Shown here piece after piece: positions 40,947-54,431 of a stretch of 64,000 nucleotides of DNA. The stretch is from Psilocybe cubensis. Its lineage: Eukaryota. The notes under the pieces are model-generated. The model searched no databases. It saw only the letters and a program-made list of their open reading frames with translations, and was not told where the DNA came from. The stretch spans positions 1,922,001 to 1,986,000 of the forward strand of contig CM039001.1 in the NCBI GenBank assembly GCA_017499595.2. Direction: 5' to 3'. The stretch's first letter is position 1; every line of letters starts with the position of its first letter. The position numbers and the translations under genes are program-made.

Positions 40947-42176
40947 CTACAAATTTGCTAGATCAAAGGTGCTTCCCTGCTGGCTGCCACTAGTGTAGAC
41001 CTTTGGTGTCGCTCTAAACTCCCTAGGGGGCGGAAAGTCGGTCACTGGAAACGTGTGGATTCCCGCGTTAGGTGGCGGTGACGGTACTTGTGTAGAGAAC
41101 GAAATGTAAATGACATGGCTAGTCACAAATGACATGACACTTACTTTTGCGCTGAGGTGGAGGAGGTCTGCCGCCATTGGCTGACGTGGAGCTTGGCGCC
41201 TTGCGTGCGGGCGATGCTGCTGCTACGACGCTTGCCCTTGGAGGGGGAGGCGGCTGAGGAGTTGAAAGACGAGCAGGGACAGCGCGCTCCGGGGTGGGAG
41301 ACCGCTGGGAGACGCGTTCTGCGTCAGACACCGCGCGCACCCGAGCAGGAGGAGGAGGGGCCGTCCCTGGCGGTTTGCGAGCAGGCGGCGGCGGGGCAAT
41401 CCGCGCGGGGGAGGGGGGCGCGGCATGTGAGGCCGGGCGGGGCGGCGGCGGCGGGGGTGCACGGGCGGCAGCTGCTGCGGGACTGCGGGGAGGCAAGGCA
41501 GGACCCGCAGGAGACTGGTTCCGGGGAGGGATCGCCGGAGAGGGGCGGGATGGAGGCGGTGGTGGCGGACTTGGGCCGCGGACTGGCGGGGGCGGGCGGC
41601 GAGGGGCCGGAGGAGCTGAGGGGGAGGGGGATGAAGGAAGGGCGGGTGCAGGGGCAGGCCGTGGTGGGGGCTGGGCGAGGGGTTTCGGCGGAGGGAGGCC
41701 GGGGGCGGGGCGGGCAGGCGGGGCTGGAGGGGCAGCAGTGCCGGGGAGACTGGGTGCGGGGCGGGCAGGTGGGGCGGGAGGAGCGGCAGCGGGTCGGGCA
41801 GACGGAGGGGCAGGTCTGGCTGGTGTAGCAGGCGTCGGTCTCTTAGCGGGCGCAGGGATGGTGGGCGGTTTCGCTGGTATAGGATACAAGAGTCAGTCAG
41901 TCATCTATCTCAGATACACAGTACTCAGTTGCACCAACCAAGGTTGTTCTGCCCTGCCGGCTTCAGTTTCGGCATCCCTCCAGCAAACAGACCAGCCAGC
42001 TGAGGTGGCCCTCCGCTCGATGGCAGCGATGGCGCACTCGCACTCATCCCTGTGCTCGCTGGCCCTCCAGCACGCCCTTTCGGCGCATCCAGCACAGGCG
42101 CGCTGCGATCATTCGTCTCTGCCTTCTTCAGTTTCTTTCCCGACTGGATTTGCTTTAGGAGCTCGCTCGATGCCAT
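40947..42176 (-). CDS. vrp1: Verprolin/WIP-like WH2 proline-rich actin regulator
   Basis: WH2 motif ELLKQIQSGKKLKKAETNDRSAP; PQLAGLFAGGMPKLK; polyproline body; C-terminal HTFPVTDFPPPREF (WASP-binding-like); 2 introns. Confidence 0.88.
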
Positions 42177-42465
42177 GGCGCAAGCAAAGACAAGTGCTGT
42201 GGAATGGTTGAGTCCAGTCGCGGCACACAATATCGCTACCAATTATAGTTGCTCAAACGTGACACTGCGCTTCTCATCATATTCCAATGGTGACACACAT
42301 TCAAATTCAGAGTTTATTTGTCGCCCAAATGAGTTTGTGCATCATTTACAAAGTTCATAGTGCAAAAATCAGTCACATTATCAGGCAATTACAGTATTAT
42401 TTACACAAGCGGCGTCAGCAGTGTCATGCCACGAGGTAGCCATGTATACATACACATTTCAAAGG

Positions 42466-43260
42466 TCAGTATGGCTTATGGCGGTTCTTCTTCAAGTCTT
42501 GCTCCAGTTTCTTCGCTTTGCGGTGGCCAATCTCAACCGGCCGAATCGCAGCATCGTCCGCCTTCTTTAGCTTGATCGGTCGGTTGCCAACATATTTACC
42601 TACCACTATCTGTCAGCCTCCAGAGGCACATGCAAATAGACAGTCCTTACCATCCATTTCCTTCCAGGCCTTCAGGAAATCCTCTGGGTCCGAAAATGCC
42701 ACAAATCCATATTTTGCCTGTGCGTCAAAGTTCAGAGCATGCATCACATCTACAACCAACGTGGTCTCACCTTTTGGCTCAACCGATCCCGAATGACTCG
42801 AGCTTTCTGGAAGGATGTGTATTTGTTAAAGGCGTTGGCAAGCACATCGTCTGACACATCGTTACTAAGATCACCAACAAATAGTCGAAACCAGGCTACA
42901 AAAATCATTAGCCAACAATCTTTCATAGTCAAAGGTAAACGCACATGGGCTCCATTCCAGCAGTGTTTGATCCTCCCACGTTTTCCCTCCGCCCTTGCGC
43001 AAAACTGTAACCCTCTTACCACCCTTTGCCAGTTTACCCCCTGCCCCTCCTCGCTTGTCTATCATAGCTCCAGGGACATAGACACTTTGCTGAGCAAGGA
43101 TACCGACATCGTATTCGTAAGCATTGGCTGGTACAGGCGCGGTGTGCGATGACGAGGACGGAATGGGGTAAGATGGTCCTTGATAAGGCTTGTAGTAAGG
43201 ATTGTCGTCGTACGAGTATTGTTGCCCATATGGCTTCGGATAATTGTTGTATGGATCCAT
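42466..43260 (-). CDS. rbm42: RBM42-like RRM protein (tri-snRNP associated)
   Basis: RKGGGKTWEDQTLLEW, FRLFVGDLSNDVSDDVL, KYGFVAFSDPEDFLKAWKEMDGKYVGNRPIKLKK. Confidence 0.9.
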
Positions 43261-43617
43261 GTCTGTAAGTCGTAAGCTGCACTACAGTCAAGCGAAAACG
43301 CAATCAAGTCGACGGACAAAGTTAACCCTGAAAAGCCAACGAGCGTCAAAGTGACTGTGACTTGTCACAGTTGCTTACGTAACTTCGCAGAACGTTAGTG
43401 CTTGCCCTCGTCTGAAATTTGGTGGTCATCATCGCCAGTCCCCCCCTTCAAGTCCCTCCTCCCTCAAGGTATGCCCAAATTTTATTCGCATTGGTCTCCC
43501 CGTCATCGCCAGCCTATGGATGTCAGATTTGACTCGAAATTCTGTTCGTTGGATGATGGATGCAACTTTGAAGGATTGGATGCCGTTTGGGGACCTTGCT
43601 GATTCCGCTTCTACCAG

Positions 43618-44742
43618 ATGCCGTTCGTCAAGAAACTCAAGTCGAGCGCTTACTTTTCGCGCTTCCAGGTCAAATACCGCAGAAGGAGAGAGGGAAAGAC
43701 CGACTGTACGTCCATTCTTTCTCAATCTGAGATATTCTGCTCATCCATCCGTAGACTATGCCCGCAAGCGTCTCGTGACACAGGCAAAGAACAAATAGTA
43801 GGAGTTTCTAAGCACATCCAATTCGCCGTCGAGTCCTCATATTATCTTCAGCAACGCGCCTAAATACCGCCTTGTAGTCCGCTTCACCAACAAGGATATC
43901 ATTGTTCAGGTCGTCTATGCCCGACTCCAGGGAGATTTCGTCCTGACTGCCGCTCACTCAAGAGAGCTTCCAAGATACGGCATTAACCATGGTCTTACTA
44001 ACTGGACTGCCGGTGTGTTTGTTACTGATATCCACGAAGAATTACTCTTATTTTTTTCAGCCTATGCTACCGGTCTTCTGTGCGCTCGTCGTGCCCTCAC
44101 CAAGCTCGGACTGGCCGACAAGTATGAGGGTGTTGTTGAGGCTGATGGAACCCTGACTCACATCGAGGTTCTCGACGAAGAAGATGCTCCTCGCCCCTTC
44201 AAATGTTACCTCGATGTCGGTCTCAAGCGCACATCTACTGGTGCCCGTGTTTTCGGTGCTATGAAGGGAGCCAGTGATGGCGGTATTTTCATCCCCCACT
44301 CTGAAAAACGTTTCCCTGGATATGATCCTGAATCCAAGGAGCTCGATGCTGAAGTGCTCAAAAAGTACATCTTTGGTGGCCATGTTGCTGAGTACATGGA
44401 GAGTCTCGAGGAGGAAGATGACGAACGGTATGTCGTTTGTATTGCAATCAGAACGTTTCTCAATATATCTATTATAGCTTTAAAAAGCAGTTCTCCACCT
44501 ATCTCGCTGATGGCATTGGTTCTGAAGATATTGAGGAGATCTACACCAACGCCTACGCTGCCATCCGTGAGGACCCTACCTTCAAGCCCACCGAGAAGAC
44601 CACCGACTGGAAATCCGAATCCGTCAAATACAAATCCAAGAAGCTTACTCATGCCGAACGCCAGGCCAACATCGCCGCCAAGATCGAGAAGTTCAAGGCT
44701 GGTGGTGGCGCTGCAGACGAGGACGAGGAGGACGAGGAGTAG
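43618..44742 (+). CDS. rpl5: 60S ribosomal protein L5 (uL18)
   Basis: AYFSRFQVKYRRRREGKTDY, KYRLVVRFTN, AYATGLLCARR, LDVGLKRTSTGARVFGAMKGASDGG, IPHSEKRFPGY. A 5'UTR intron at 43469-43617 ends immediately before the ATG. Confidence 0.97.
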
Positions 44743-44847
44743 GTATTTGCATCTTGACACTTTTCCATGTTTCATATACACACCAAAAACTACTATGCAA
44801 TCACATTTATGCATATGTAAGACTATGAACGATGTTCCAAAAAGTCA

Positions 44848-47095
44848 TTACTGAGAACGCATCGGTGCTTGTATGGATTCTTCTACCCAAGCTAACAGAG
44901 GAATCTGACCACTACTGAACTTACGAATATCCCCTTGGCTACTTGTTGTTGCGTCCAGTCGAAATGCCGAACAACCGATAGTTAAATCATCGCCATAATA
45001 TACCTGAAAATTCCTAATCATATGACATTAGTATTGGACACACAATTATATCAACGATACGCTTACAGTACACAGCCCTCCCATTTTCCGATACAACGAT
45101 TCAAATCAACAAACCAAATACCACTACGCTCGCTGCTCATTTGCCGGCCGATCGCACATATTTTCTTCAGGATACATCTCTCTATTTCGTCCATCAATAA
45201 TTGAGATAGCTGGGGCAATGAAGATATTGTTAAAGTAGCTTGTGGTAGATGCGCGGTCAAAGTTGAAGGCGAGACAAAAGTGAACCACAGAGTATGCCTG
45301 ATATCATATAAACCACTGAAAGATATATAAAAAAAGGAGCATACCAATTGTCCATTCGTATAACTGCCTCTCCCCCGACCTCTTTTTTGTTTTTGCTTTC
45401 CTCCGAAAGAAGTGATACAAGTATTTTTCCAGATTCTCCGATCGCCGTAAATGAAAGTGATGAAGGGATGCCTGCGATATTTAATGCTTGAACTGCTTTG
45501 CGTAGTTCCAATTCAACCCGTTCACAAAAAACTTGGTATTGCAGCATGTCAATTATTGGTTGTAGAAGCGAATGTGATGCGGCAGGGCCATTGGCTTCTT
45601 TCCCTTTCGATGAGTTTTTAACAGCGTGTCGGCGTAAAAGAAGTACACGAAGTACATGGTAAATCAATTCACACATGTTTCCACCGTCTTTGGAATCTGA
45701 ACGGGTTGGGTGCATGTTGACTGAAGTGTCGACCTGGTGTATTTACGGCGAATGTCAGTCATTTTTGCGAAGTAGAAAAGTCGAAAAAATACTCAACAAG
45801 TTCCACGGTAAGATCAAGGCCTTGTGCAGCGTCGATGGAAATTAGACGTTCCGAGACCCGTGCAGAAGCTGTGGGCAGATTGGCGGCTTCTTTCACTAAC
45901 AAGGAAAATATTTCTTGATCTATAATTTCTATTTGTGCGGTTTTAAGGACAATTTCCGGATCAGAGGCTCGACCAGTGGGCATCGGTGCGACAAAAAAAC
46001 ACGATGTAGTCGATGCGCCGTCGACTGTTGTTATCGAAATTCGTAGGCGTGTATTCTGGTGAAAGGGAAGGTTAATGTCCTCAGCAGAGTTGCCGACGAT
46101 AGGCATACGAGCAATGGCACGAAGACGAAAGTCCACAGGTGCTACAGTGATATTAATATGCATGCTGTATGGTAAGCTGACCTATAAACTCACATCTTTC
46201 GAGGCCGTAGGAAATCATAAAGTCTTTGGATGTTTTGTCGGCACCTTTACCAGTGGCAGAACCTGCTGGAAGAGGCGCGGGAGTGAGACCCCAATTTGCT
46301 CGCCTGATCCTCAGTGCATCAACCCAGTATTTTTCACCCATTAATCTTGAACGTTCCATGCTTTCCGACGCAGATTTGAAAAGTCCAGAGGCTTTACGTA
46401 GTGCTTCATCTTTGCTACCAATGACCAATTGCGAGTTGAATGCTTGTACTGAAACGATGGAAGGTGGTTTGGAAACGATGGTTGCAGAGAGTGACGACGG
46501 AGAGGAATCTGGTGGGATTTGATCAGGTAGGGCTTGGCCTGTCGCAGCCTGGCCGCTTATTGTCCCAGATAATACAGCATTCAATAAATCTCTCGCATGA
46601 GACATTTCTCCTAGAGCAACGCTGACAAACATTAATTTTAGTAGCAACAGTGTTGGCTAAAACGCACAATAACTGCGGCATGATTTCAGCTCGCATGGCA
46701 TACAGCTCCTCCATTGTCATGAATTTGGAGGAGGGATTAGAACCTTCAGGGCCTTCTTCTTCTTCCTCCGTCTGAGTGTCCTTTAATAGATTATTCTTGC
46801 TCTCCGAAATTAGTCCATCGTACTGCTGAAAGAAATTTGCCCCTCGTTCAACAAAGATTCGCCGTATATTGGATTCGAGTCTCTCTGAGAAAGACTGCTG
46901 GCTGCTCCCTTTGTGTCATGCACCACAAATTACATTAACAAAAACAATGACTCACGGTTCGTAGATGCGATCGCCTTCAGGAGTTAAATCATAAAGCACA
47001 GGTAGTCGGTTTCCTGCATCGTCCGTATATGGGCGTTCAAAAGATAGTTTCAACTTTTTCCAAGAGGGTTCGGATCCATGAGTAGTATTCGACAT
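44848..47095 (-). CDS. med17: Mediator subunit 17 (Srb4)
   Basis: WKKLKLSFERPY, RIFVERGANF, MTMEELYAMRAEIMPQL, ALGEMSHARDLL, YWVDALRIRRANWGL, AQIEIIDQEIFSLL; 6 introns. Confidence 0.75.
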
Positions 47096-47549
47096 AACAG
47101 TAAATGCGAGGTCGCAATAGGATCGTCGTCTTTCAGCAAGAAAGCTTCCAAGGGTTTAGAGAGGAATGTGCGACGCAAGTACAGTTGCAGTACTGCCCGG
47201 GTCGATAAACACTGTATTTTTATCTTGAAGAATTGTTGCTATTGCCGCGGTAACGGATGCTTATATGAACCGGGAAGACAGAACTCTAGATATTTCAACC
47301 AATTGAAGTTCAAGGTTAAGATTTGAGAATTGTCAATGAACGCCGATTGGTGGTTTGTCGCTGATTCTCTTGGGAGATTGAAATTGAGAGTCTTGGCCAG
47401 TCACGTGCTCGTGAAGGCTATCAGCCAATCTTCGAATTTGAAGACCGAGTCACCTCTTTAATTTTTTTGGGCTTTTCTTATTATTCCGTCAAGCCTGCTC
47501 TCTTTCCGGTTCGTTTCTTGCAATTTTTTAATCTGGTTTGCCATCGTCA

Positions 47550-50488
47550 ATGTTGATGGTGAAAACTGTGGAATACGATGGTTCCCAATCCATGTCCTCG
47601 GGCAAAAGAAAGAAGGGCGAAGACGACGCAACGAATATCACATCCTCAAAGAAACAGAGAACGAGAGTGAGGTACAGACGATGTGCAATATGTGTTTTGT
47701 GGGATTTTTCTTACCATTATGCTTTTACATAGCTTTTCGTGTGGCGAATGCCATCGTCGGAAACAAAAAGTGCGCCTCTCCTTTTGTTTATAGGTTCTTT
47801 CTAAATCTAAGGAAATTAGTGCGACCGTCAAATACCCTGCTCTCATGTCAGTACTGATCTGTATACATTTCAAACTTCTTTTAACCCATCACCACAGTGT
47901 GTTGCTCGCAAAGTGCCAGATCTATGCAAGGCCTACACACCCGGAAAAGCAGACCAGGACTTGAATGCTAGAATTTCAAGATTGGAACAAATAATCGAAG
48001 TGGCTTTACCCCAATATTGCTCTCCTGGAACTCCAGGATCATATGTGCTGGATCAAAATTCATTCAACGGTCGGCACAGAACTCCTTCGAACGGCGAAGA
48101 CGATACTCGATCCCATTCGGAGGAGCAAGACCCGAGTGGAGGGATTTTTCAAAGCGGCAGATGGTATGGTAATAGCGCATCAGGCAGTGTAGCTCCTGCG
48201 TCTGTAATTGATCAAGTACGTCCACCATGCTAAGAAACACTTGATGATTCCTTAATTCTGCCTAGATCGAGAATGCCGCTATCGGAGAACGAGAGTCCTC
48301 CCGTACATCCCATTCCAATGCCATAAACCCGAACTTCCCGTTACCAACGACGCACATCAAGGCAGGTCTTGATGTAGTTGGTGATGATTCTGAGCCATCT
48401 GCTGCCGATAATCTAAAGTCGCTGGTACAAGAGTGTGGAGTATCCCCCCATAAGATTGCAGAGCTTCTTCAAGAGCTCCCTATCCCTAGTACATCTGATA
48501 TTCTTGTTGATTTCTACTTCTCTACTATGTACGTTTTCATCAAGATTTTATCCGCCCATGTTAACAGGAATAACACAGAAACTGGACTCGATATCCAATT
48601 TCTGTTGAAGACTTCCGCACGGCTTACTCTTCTATAAGCGCATGTGTGAGTGGAACTAGCCTGGCTAGCCCTCATGACGTGCGTTTTCTCCCTTTGCTAT
48701 TCGTTGTGTTAGCTATCTCTGTGAGGCTTGCCCCCGAAAGCATAGCTGGCGACGCACGAACCAGAAGGGTTACTTCCCTCCGTTATTACTGGTCTTGTGA
48801 GTCTTCTTCGCCACTGTTTGTTCGTATGCTTATCTGCGAAGCTCGTCGGTCGCTTCTCATTGCCGCTGCCATCCAACCTGACTCTCTTGACATCGTGCTC
48901 ACGCGCCTTTTGGTACGTATTTCATTAACGCGTAGGTATAGACTAATTAATGTTGTACAGAGTGCTCGTTTTCTGACATTTGATCGTCGCATAACGGAAT
49001 GCTGGAGTCAACTAGGTGCTGCTGTGCGAACAGCTCAAGCTCTTGGCCTTCATCGTGATGGTTCTGCAATGGTATCAATTTCATCTTTCATATCACTAAT
49101 AACACTGGACTAATTTCATTCCTAATGTAGGGAATGCAACCCACACAAACAGAATACCGCAGGCGCATCTGGTAACGCAAATGACCTGCTTACCGATTTA
49201 GTGATATACTGACTTGTGAATTAGGTCTTACCTATACCATGCTGATAGGTCATATGCTTTGGTTCTCGGAAGGCCCAACTCAATACAGGACGATTACACA
49301 TCAACATTACCTCCCTCGAATATTGATGGTGACTTACAACATGGACAGACAATTGAATCTTTACCCCTTTCTCGGCCAACGCCCATGACCTTTGTCATTT
49401 TGCGCCATCAATTGGCTGAAATTATTGGGCGGATGGTTCATCATTTCCAGCAGGTTCGCGACAAAAGCCACTACACGGAAGTCGTGGCTCTAGACGATGA
49501 ACTGCTGAAATTTATAAACAATCTTCCCTCTCATTACTCCCTTCAGCCAGATACCTCACTTGATCATATTCACAACTATATTCCGGTTCATCGATTTCTC
49601 TTGGTCACAGAAATTCTTTTCGTAAGAATAAGTTTGCACCGGCCATATATGCTACGACGGCTGAACTCAGACCGCTATGCAAGATCACGCAATGCTTGTT
49701 TTGAATCAGCAATAACAGATTTCAAGGTTAGGCAAGCATTCCGGGAATCCGTGCCCAAAGAAACTCGAGATTCTCTTAGCAATGCCTATCGCGAATTTCA
49801 GACAGCAATGATATCGGGAATATATTTTGTGCTGGAGCCCCATGGAGCGCATTCCGATGCAATGCATGCTATTCTGGACGGTTTTATGAAAGACCACGAA
49901 AACTTGCGGGAGATGGACGAGACAACCAAAAGGGAACTGAAGACCATCGAATTTCTGAAGAGCAAAGCATCACAGATCGAGAACCACGGGGTTCATTCAC
50001 GCAAGAAGAGTAAACTTCACGACTTGTCGCTAATCAATAGGCAGGATCATCAGGCACAACTACTATTAAACCTTCAGCAACCAGTGACGTCGCCTTCGAC
50101 TAAAAGTTTTACCTTTTCTGCCTCTTCTCCTCGATCACCGTCCCTTCCTCAACCCAATACATCTTCTTTGGCACAGTCTCCTACATTGCATCGTTTACAA
50201 CATCCAGACCAAACACATTCACCAACAACTTCCGGAAGCCCTCGCGCAGATGACGAATCCCCTGCACAATCGCTTCTTGACACATGGTGTCACACTGTCA
50301 GCAATGCTCCTCTAGACTTGACCAGTGGCGGAATTTCATGGGGAGGTTTGGGTGGTACTGAAATATCGGGATGGGCAGGGATCACACACGCTGCTACCAA
50401 CCCAGATCCCCGCCTGTTTTCTGGCCTTGACGGCTCCGATTTCTCTTACTGGGAGGCCCTGGTCAATCAAATCCATCGTGGACCTTGA
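47550..50488 (+). CDS. Zn(II)2Cys6 fungal transcription factor with Fungal_trans middle-homology region
   Basis: Microexon-split cluster SCGECHRRKQK|CDRQIPCSH|CVARKVPDLC; AVRTAQALGLHRDG; EYRRRIWSYLYHADRSYALVLGRP; ISLHRPY. Confidence 0.9.
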
Positions 50489-50900
50489 TTTGGATAGAGA
50501 AGAGACATCAATCTCGGATCTTTATACCACATTACATTGTCTTTACCTGACATAGACCGCCTTTTTACTACTCAAGTCCAATTTGCCTATGCTGTCATCC
50601 TCACCTGGTCACGACCAACTTACGCTACGAATATGTACGTTGCGCACCTATTTATGGATTCCATTCCACGCACAGCTAGCCACCTTCACATTTGTATGTA
50701 TCTTTTAGTTGTAATACTATATGTTATTGTTCTTTTTTGAAATAATCATGGAGTGACTCAATGTCCTAATGTAGTCATGTCATGAATGACAACGTCACTC
50801 CTGAGCCGTGACTTCTAAGGTCTGACTGGCGGACCGCAGTACAATCGTCTACTTACAAGCTGCTAGCTTCAAAAAACCTATTCTGGAGCTAGCTACTGTG

Positions 50901-51771
50901 ATGCAATCGATTAACAGATTTCTCTATGGCCCAACTCCCGAGGAAAGAGTCCGTGCATGGCAAGCGAAGCTGCGTGCTGAAAGCCGCCAGTTAGACAGGG
51001 AAATGAGGCAGGTCTGCTGTTAGTTTTGTTCAAAGAAATATTTCATTCTCATTGATTATTTAGTTAGATATGGCCACCAACAAAGCACGACAATCGGTGA
51101 AGCAGCTAGCCGCTAAGGGCGATGTTAAATCTGCTAAGCTTCTTGCAAGGGAAGTGGTCAGGAGTAACAAACAGAAGGACAGGTTATCTGTCAGCAAAGC
51201 GAGGTTGGGGTCTATAGGAACACAACTATCGCAGCAAATGGGTGAGACTTTCTTCTCAAGTTTTGTGATTCGCAAGCCTTATTCATGCACTCTTCAATTA
51301 ACAGCAATGATTAAAGTCACTGGCTCACTGCAGAAGTCCACAGAAATCATGAAATTGTCCAACGCTCTCATCAAGCTACCTCAGATTAGTCAAACCATGC
51401 GCGAAATGAGCATGGAAATGACCAAGGTGCTATCAAGTTACCTTCAATATGTTGTCATCTTATGAATCACTTTTATCTATCAGGCCGGTATTATGGAAGA
51501 GATGTTAGAAGATACCCTGGACATGGATGAAGATGAAGAGATTGAGGAGGAAGCGGACGCAGAAGTCGATAAAGTTTTGTTCGAATTAACGAACGGTAAA
51601 TTGGGTGAGGCAGGGTCAGTCGCCACAGATCTACCGGTGAGTCAAAAAATGCGTCCCTTTTTGCAATTTTGCTATACAATATTGTTTAAACAGGACAAGG
51701 TGGAAGACGAAGAAACCGACCGGAATATGGAGAAATATCGCGAGCAATTGAATGGAATTTTGAGCGGGTAA
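50901..51771 (+). CDS. vps24: ESCRT-III subunit Vps24/CHMP3
   Basis: PTPEERVRAWQAKLRAESRQLDR, GDVKSAKLLAREVVRS, TGSLQKSTEIMK, ELTNGKLG; acidic C-terminus. Confidence 0.92.
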
Positions 51772-52122
51772 AGATTGACCTGTTCGCAACCGTCCTCAGT
51801 CTCTGTTCGCGAATGTTTGGATGTACATATTACTATCTAGTAATCCTTCCCTTCTCGTCGAGGTTGTTCTTTGCACGAATTTGTATTTAGGAGCCGCATT
51901 GCCCATGCTCGGGCAGTCTGTACATTATCATGAATAATTTTACACAACACAACGCATTCCAATCTCTGGACTCTTAGAATAAAACTTCAAATTGCCACTT
52001 GGTGACACAGTCGTCAGAACACTGTATATCAGAGACCACGTGACAATAACGAGAATCCCCGAACGGAACCTCAAAATGATACAACGCTTTCTGAAATTTG
52101 ATTCCTTCCCGCTTTCCAAAAA

Positions 52123-53939
52123 ATGCTGGGTTCTCGCTCTTTCTCTGCTGTCAAGCAAGGTTCTTTGAAGAACCTCAACGTAACTATTTCTATTCATGTC
52201 ATAGTCTGTGCTTACTCTGATATCGATGCAGTTCGTTCGCTCTTATGCGTCAGCTCCACCAACTGCCGCCTTTGCTGGTCAAAAGGGCAACAACGTGAGT
52301 TTACCTGAGATACGGTTGAATAGTATCTAAACTTCTATTATTCAGGGGAAGTACACTGTAACCCTCATTCCGGGAGATGGTAAGTCTTGCAGTCAGATAT
52401 CCACCTTCTACAATCCCGACGCGTCCATAGGTATTGGCCCAGAAATTAGTGAATCCATCAAGAATATCTATACTGCGGCTCAGGTAAGTAATTCATGGCT
52501 GTGAACAGCTCTCCCATAAATCACATATTATCAGGTACCTATTCAATGGGAAGAAGTCAGCGTTACGCCTATCCTCAAGGGTGGAAAAACTGTCATTCCG
52601 GATAGTGCTATCCAATCCGTAAAAAAGAACACCGTCGCTCTTAAAGGTTTTTGTTATATCTATTCGTAAAGGGGAATTATCATTAAAATTTTGTTAACAA
52701 AGGACCTCTTGCAACTCCCAGTATGTTTTTTGGATGGTGCATCGACAGGCAGCTAAACACCATCGTTTTACAGTTGGCAAAGGCCATGTTTCGTTGAATT
52801 TAACATTGCGACGAACTTTCAATTTGTTTGCCAATGTCCGTCCTTGCGCATCCATCCAGGGCTTCAAGACTCCTTACGACGACGTGAATACCGTTCTCAT
52901 CCGTGAAAACACTGAGGGAGAGTACTCCGGTATTGAGCATGAGGTCGGTGTATGGTATTATGCAGATTAAGAAGGAATGCACTTGACACATCTTTATGCG
53001 CTCAGATCGTGGATGGTGTGGTGCAATCTATCAAGCTTATCACATGGGATGCTTCAGAGCGGGTCGCTCGCTATGCTTTCAATTACGCTCAGACTAGCGG
53101 ACGACTACGTGTCACTGCCGTTCATAAGGCCAACATCATGTAAGGCACACGTTGCAAGGTCAAATTCATACTGATTTGTTTTTAAGGAAAATGTCCGATG
53201 GCATGTTCTTGTCTGCATGCCGCGAAGTGTCGAAAGAATTCCCAGATGTTGCTTACGATGAGGATCTTCTGGACCGCGTTTGCCTCCAGGTGGGTTATTA
53301 CCCATTTTTCTTCCTATGAACCCTGTGTCATACAAATGTTGTTCTAGGTTGTCACGAATCCTAAGCCCTACTCTGATCGTGTCATGGTTATGCCCAATCT
53401 TTACGGTGACATCTTGTCCGATATGTGCGCTGGATTGATTGGAGGGCTTGGTCTCACACCCTCGGGCAACATTGGACGGGTGAGTTTAATAACCAAAACA
53501 ATTCAACACAGTCATATTTAATGCGGAGAACAGGATGCTTCTATCTTTGAGGCCGTTCATGGTTCAGCGCCTGATATTGCCGGTATGTCATTTTCTTCTG
53601 CATCATCTTGTGTCATTTACTGATCAAAAACAGGCAAAGGATTGGCTAACCCGACTGCGCTGTTGTTGTCATCCATCATGATGTTAAGGCATGTCGTTGC
53701 AATTCTCTTGCCTGTACGATTCCCTTATCTTCATACTCACAGACACATGAGGTTGTATGACTACGCGGACAAGATAGAAAAGGCCGCTCTTACGGTGCGT
53801 TGTTAGTACGAGCGTTTGGTGAAGAATGCTGACATATTTATAGACCATTGCTGAGGGGAAGAGTATCACTGGCGATTTAGGTGGCAAGGCAACAACCAAG
53901 GAGTATACTGATGCCATCATCCAGAAACTCAGAGCTTAA
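52123..53939 (+). CDS. idh2: Mitochondrial NAD-dependent isocitrate dehydrogenase, catalytic subunit
   Basis: [76 protein letters not shown] (catalytic Asp pair), [17 protein letters not shown] intron at 53689-53742. Confidence 0.93.
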
Positions 53940-54431
53940 CTAGGTCACTTATAATGGACACGATACAGGGGATGAGCATTAGATTCACGTCCCAGAGACA
54001 TTATACTGTAGTTACGTTAACGTAGACAATCTATAATGCTTCGACTTCTTAGACGGAATAACGACACAAACTTTGTGTGTTAGGAGAACATACAGAGACA
54101 AGCAATAATCGTGGGAAGGTATCCGAACCTTACGCTGCCAACACCCCTCTGGTTCAAGTCACCATCAAGTGTCCTTCATTTTTCACTACCACCACCTGAT
54201 AAGTACCCACTTCGCATTCTTTCCCCTCACTCGCCCTACAGGGCAAAGCCGCTCTATTCGCATCACTTAAACTCAAGGTGAGCAGTCCGTTATTGTGATC
54301 GCTGTTGTCACAGCCGCAGCACCCCTCGCTACTCTACATGTCAGTACTGAAACTACGCATAGATTTTTACAAACGAAAAAGAAATTCATATTTACAGTAA
54401 ATCGACCGCTCACAAGCACGTTACGAACGAC

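Noticed and set aside
41157-42211. Long Gly/Ala-rich + strand ORFs (223 and 305 aa)
   Set aside because: Antisense shadows of the GC-rich verprolin exon; they start at non-ATG codons and contain no recognisable domain.
43550-43602. C/D snoRNA in the RPL5 intron (TGATGG ... CTGA)
   Set aside because: Box C is imperfect, the span is only ~50 nt, and the CTGA coincides with the branch site; kept only as an alternative within the structured-intron finding.
44057-44814. Minus-strand ORFs over RPL5
   Set aside because: Antisense shadows with no independent evidence.
54151-54160. GGTTCAAGTC B-box-like sequence suggesting a tRNA
   Set aside because: The flanks do not form a T-stem or cloverleaf, and no A-box is evident.
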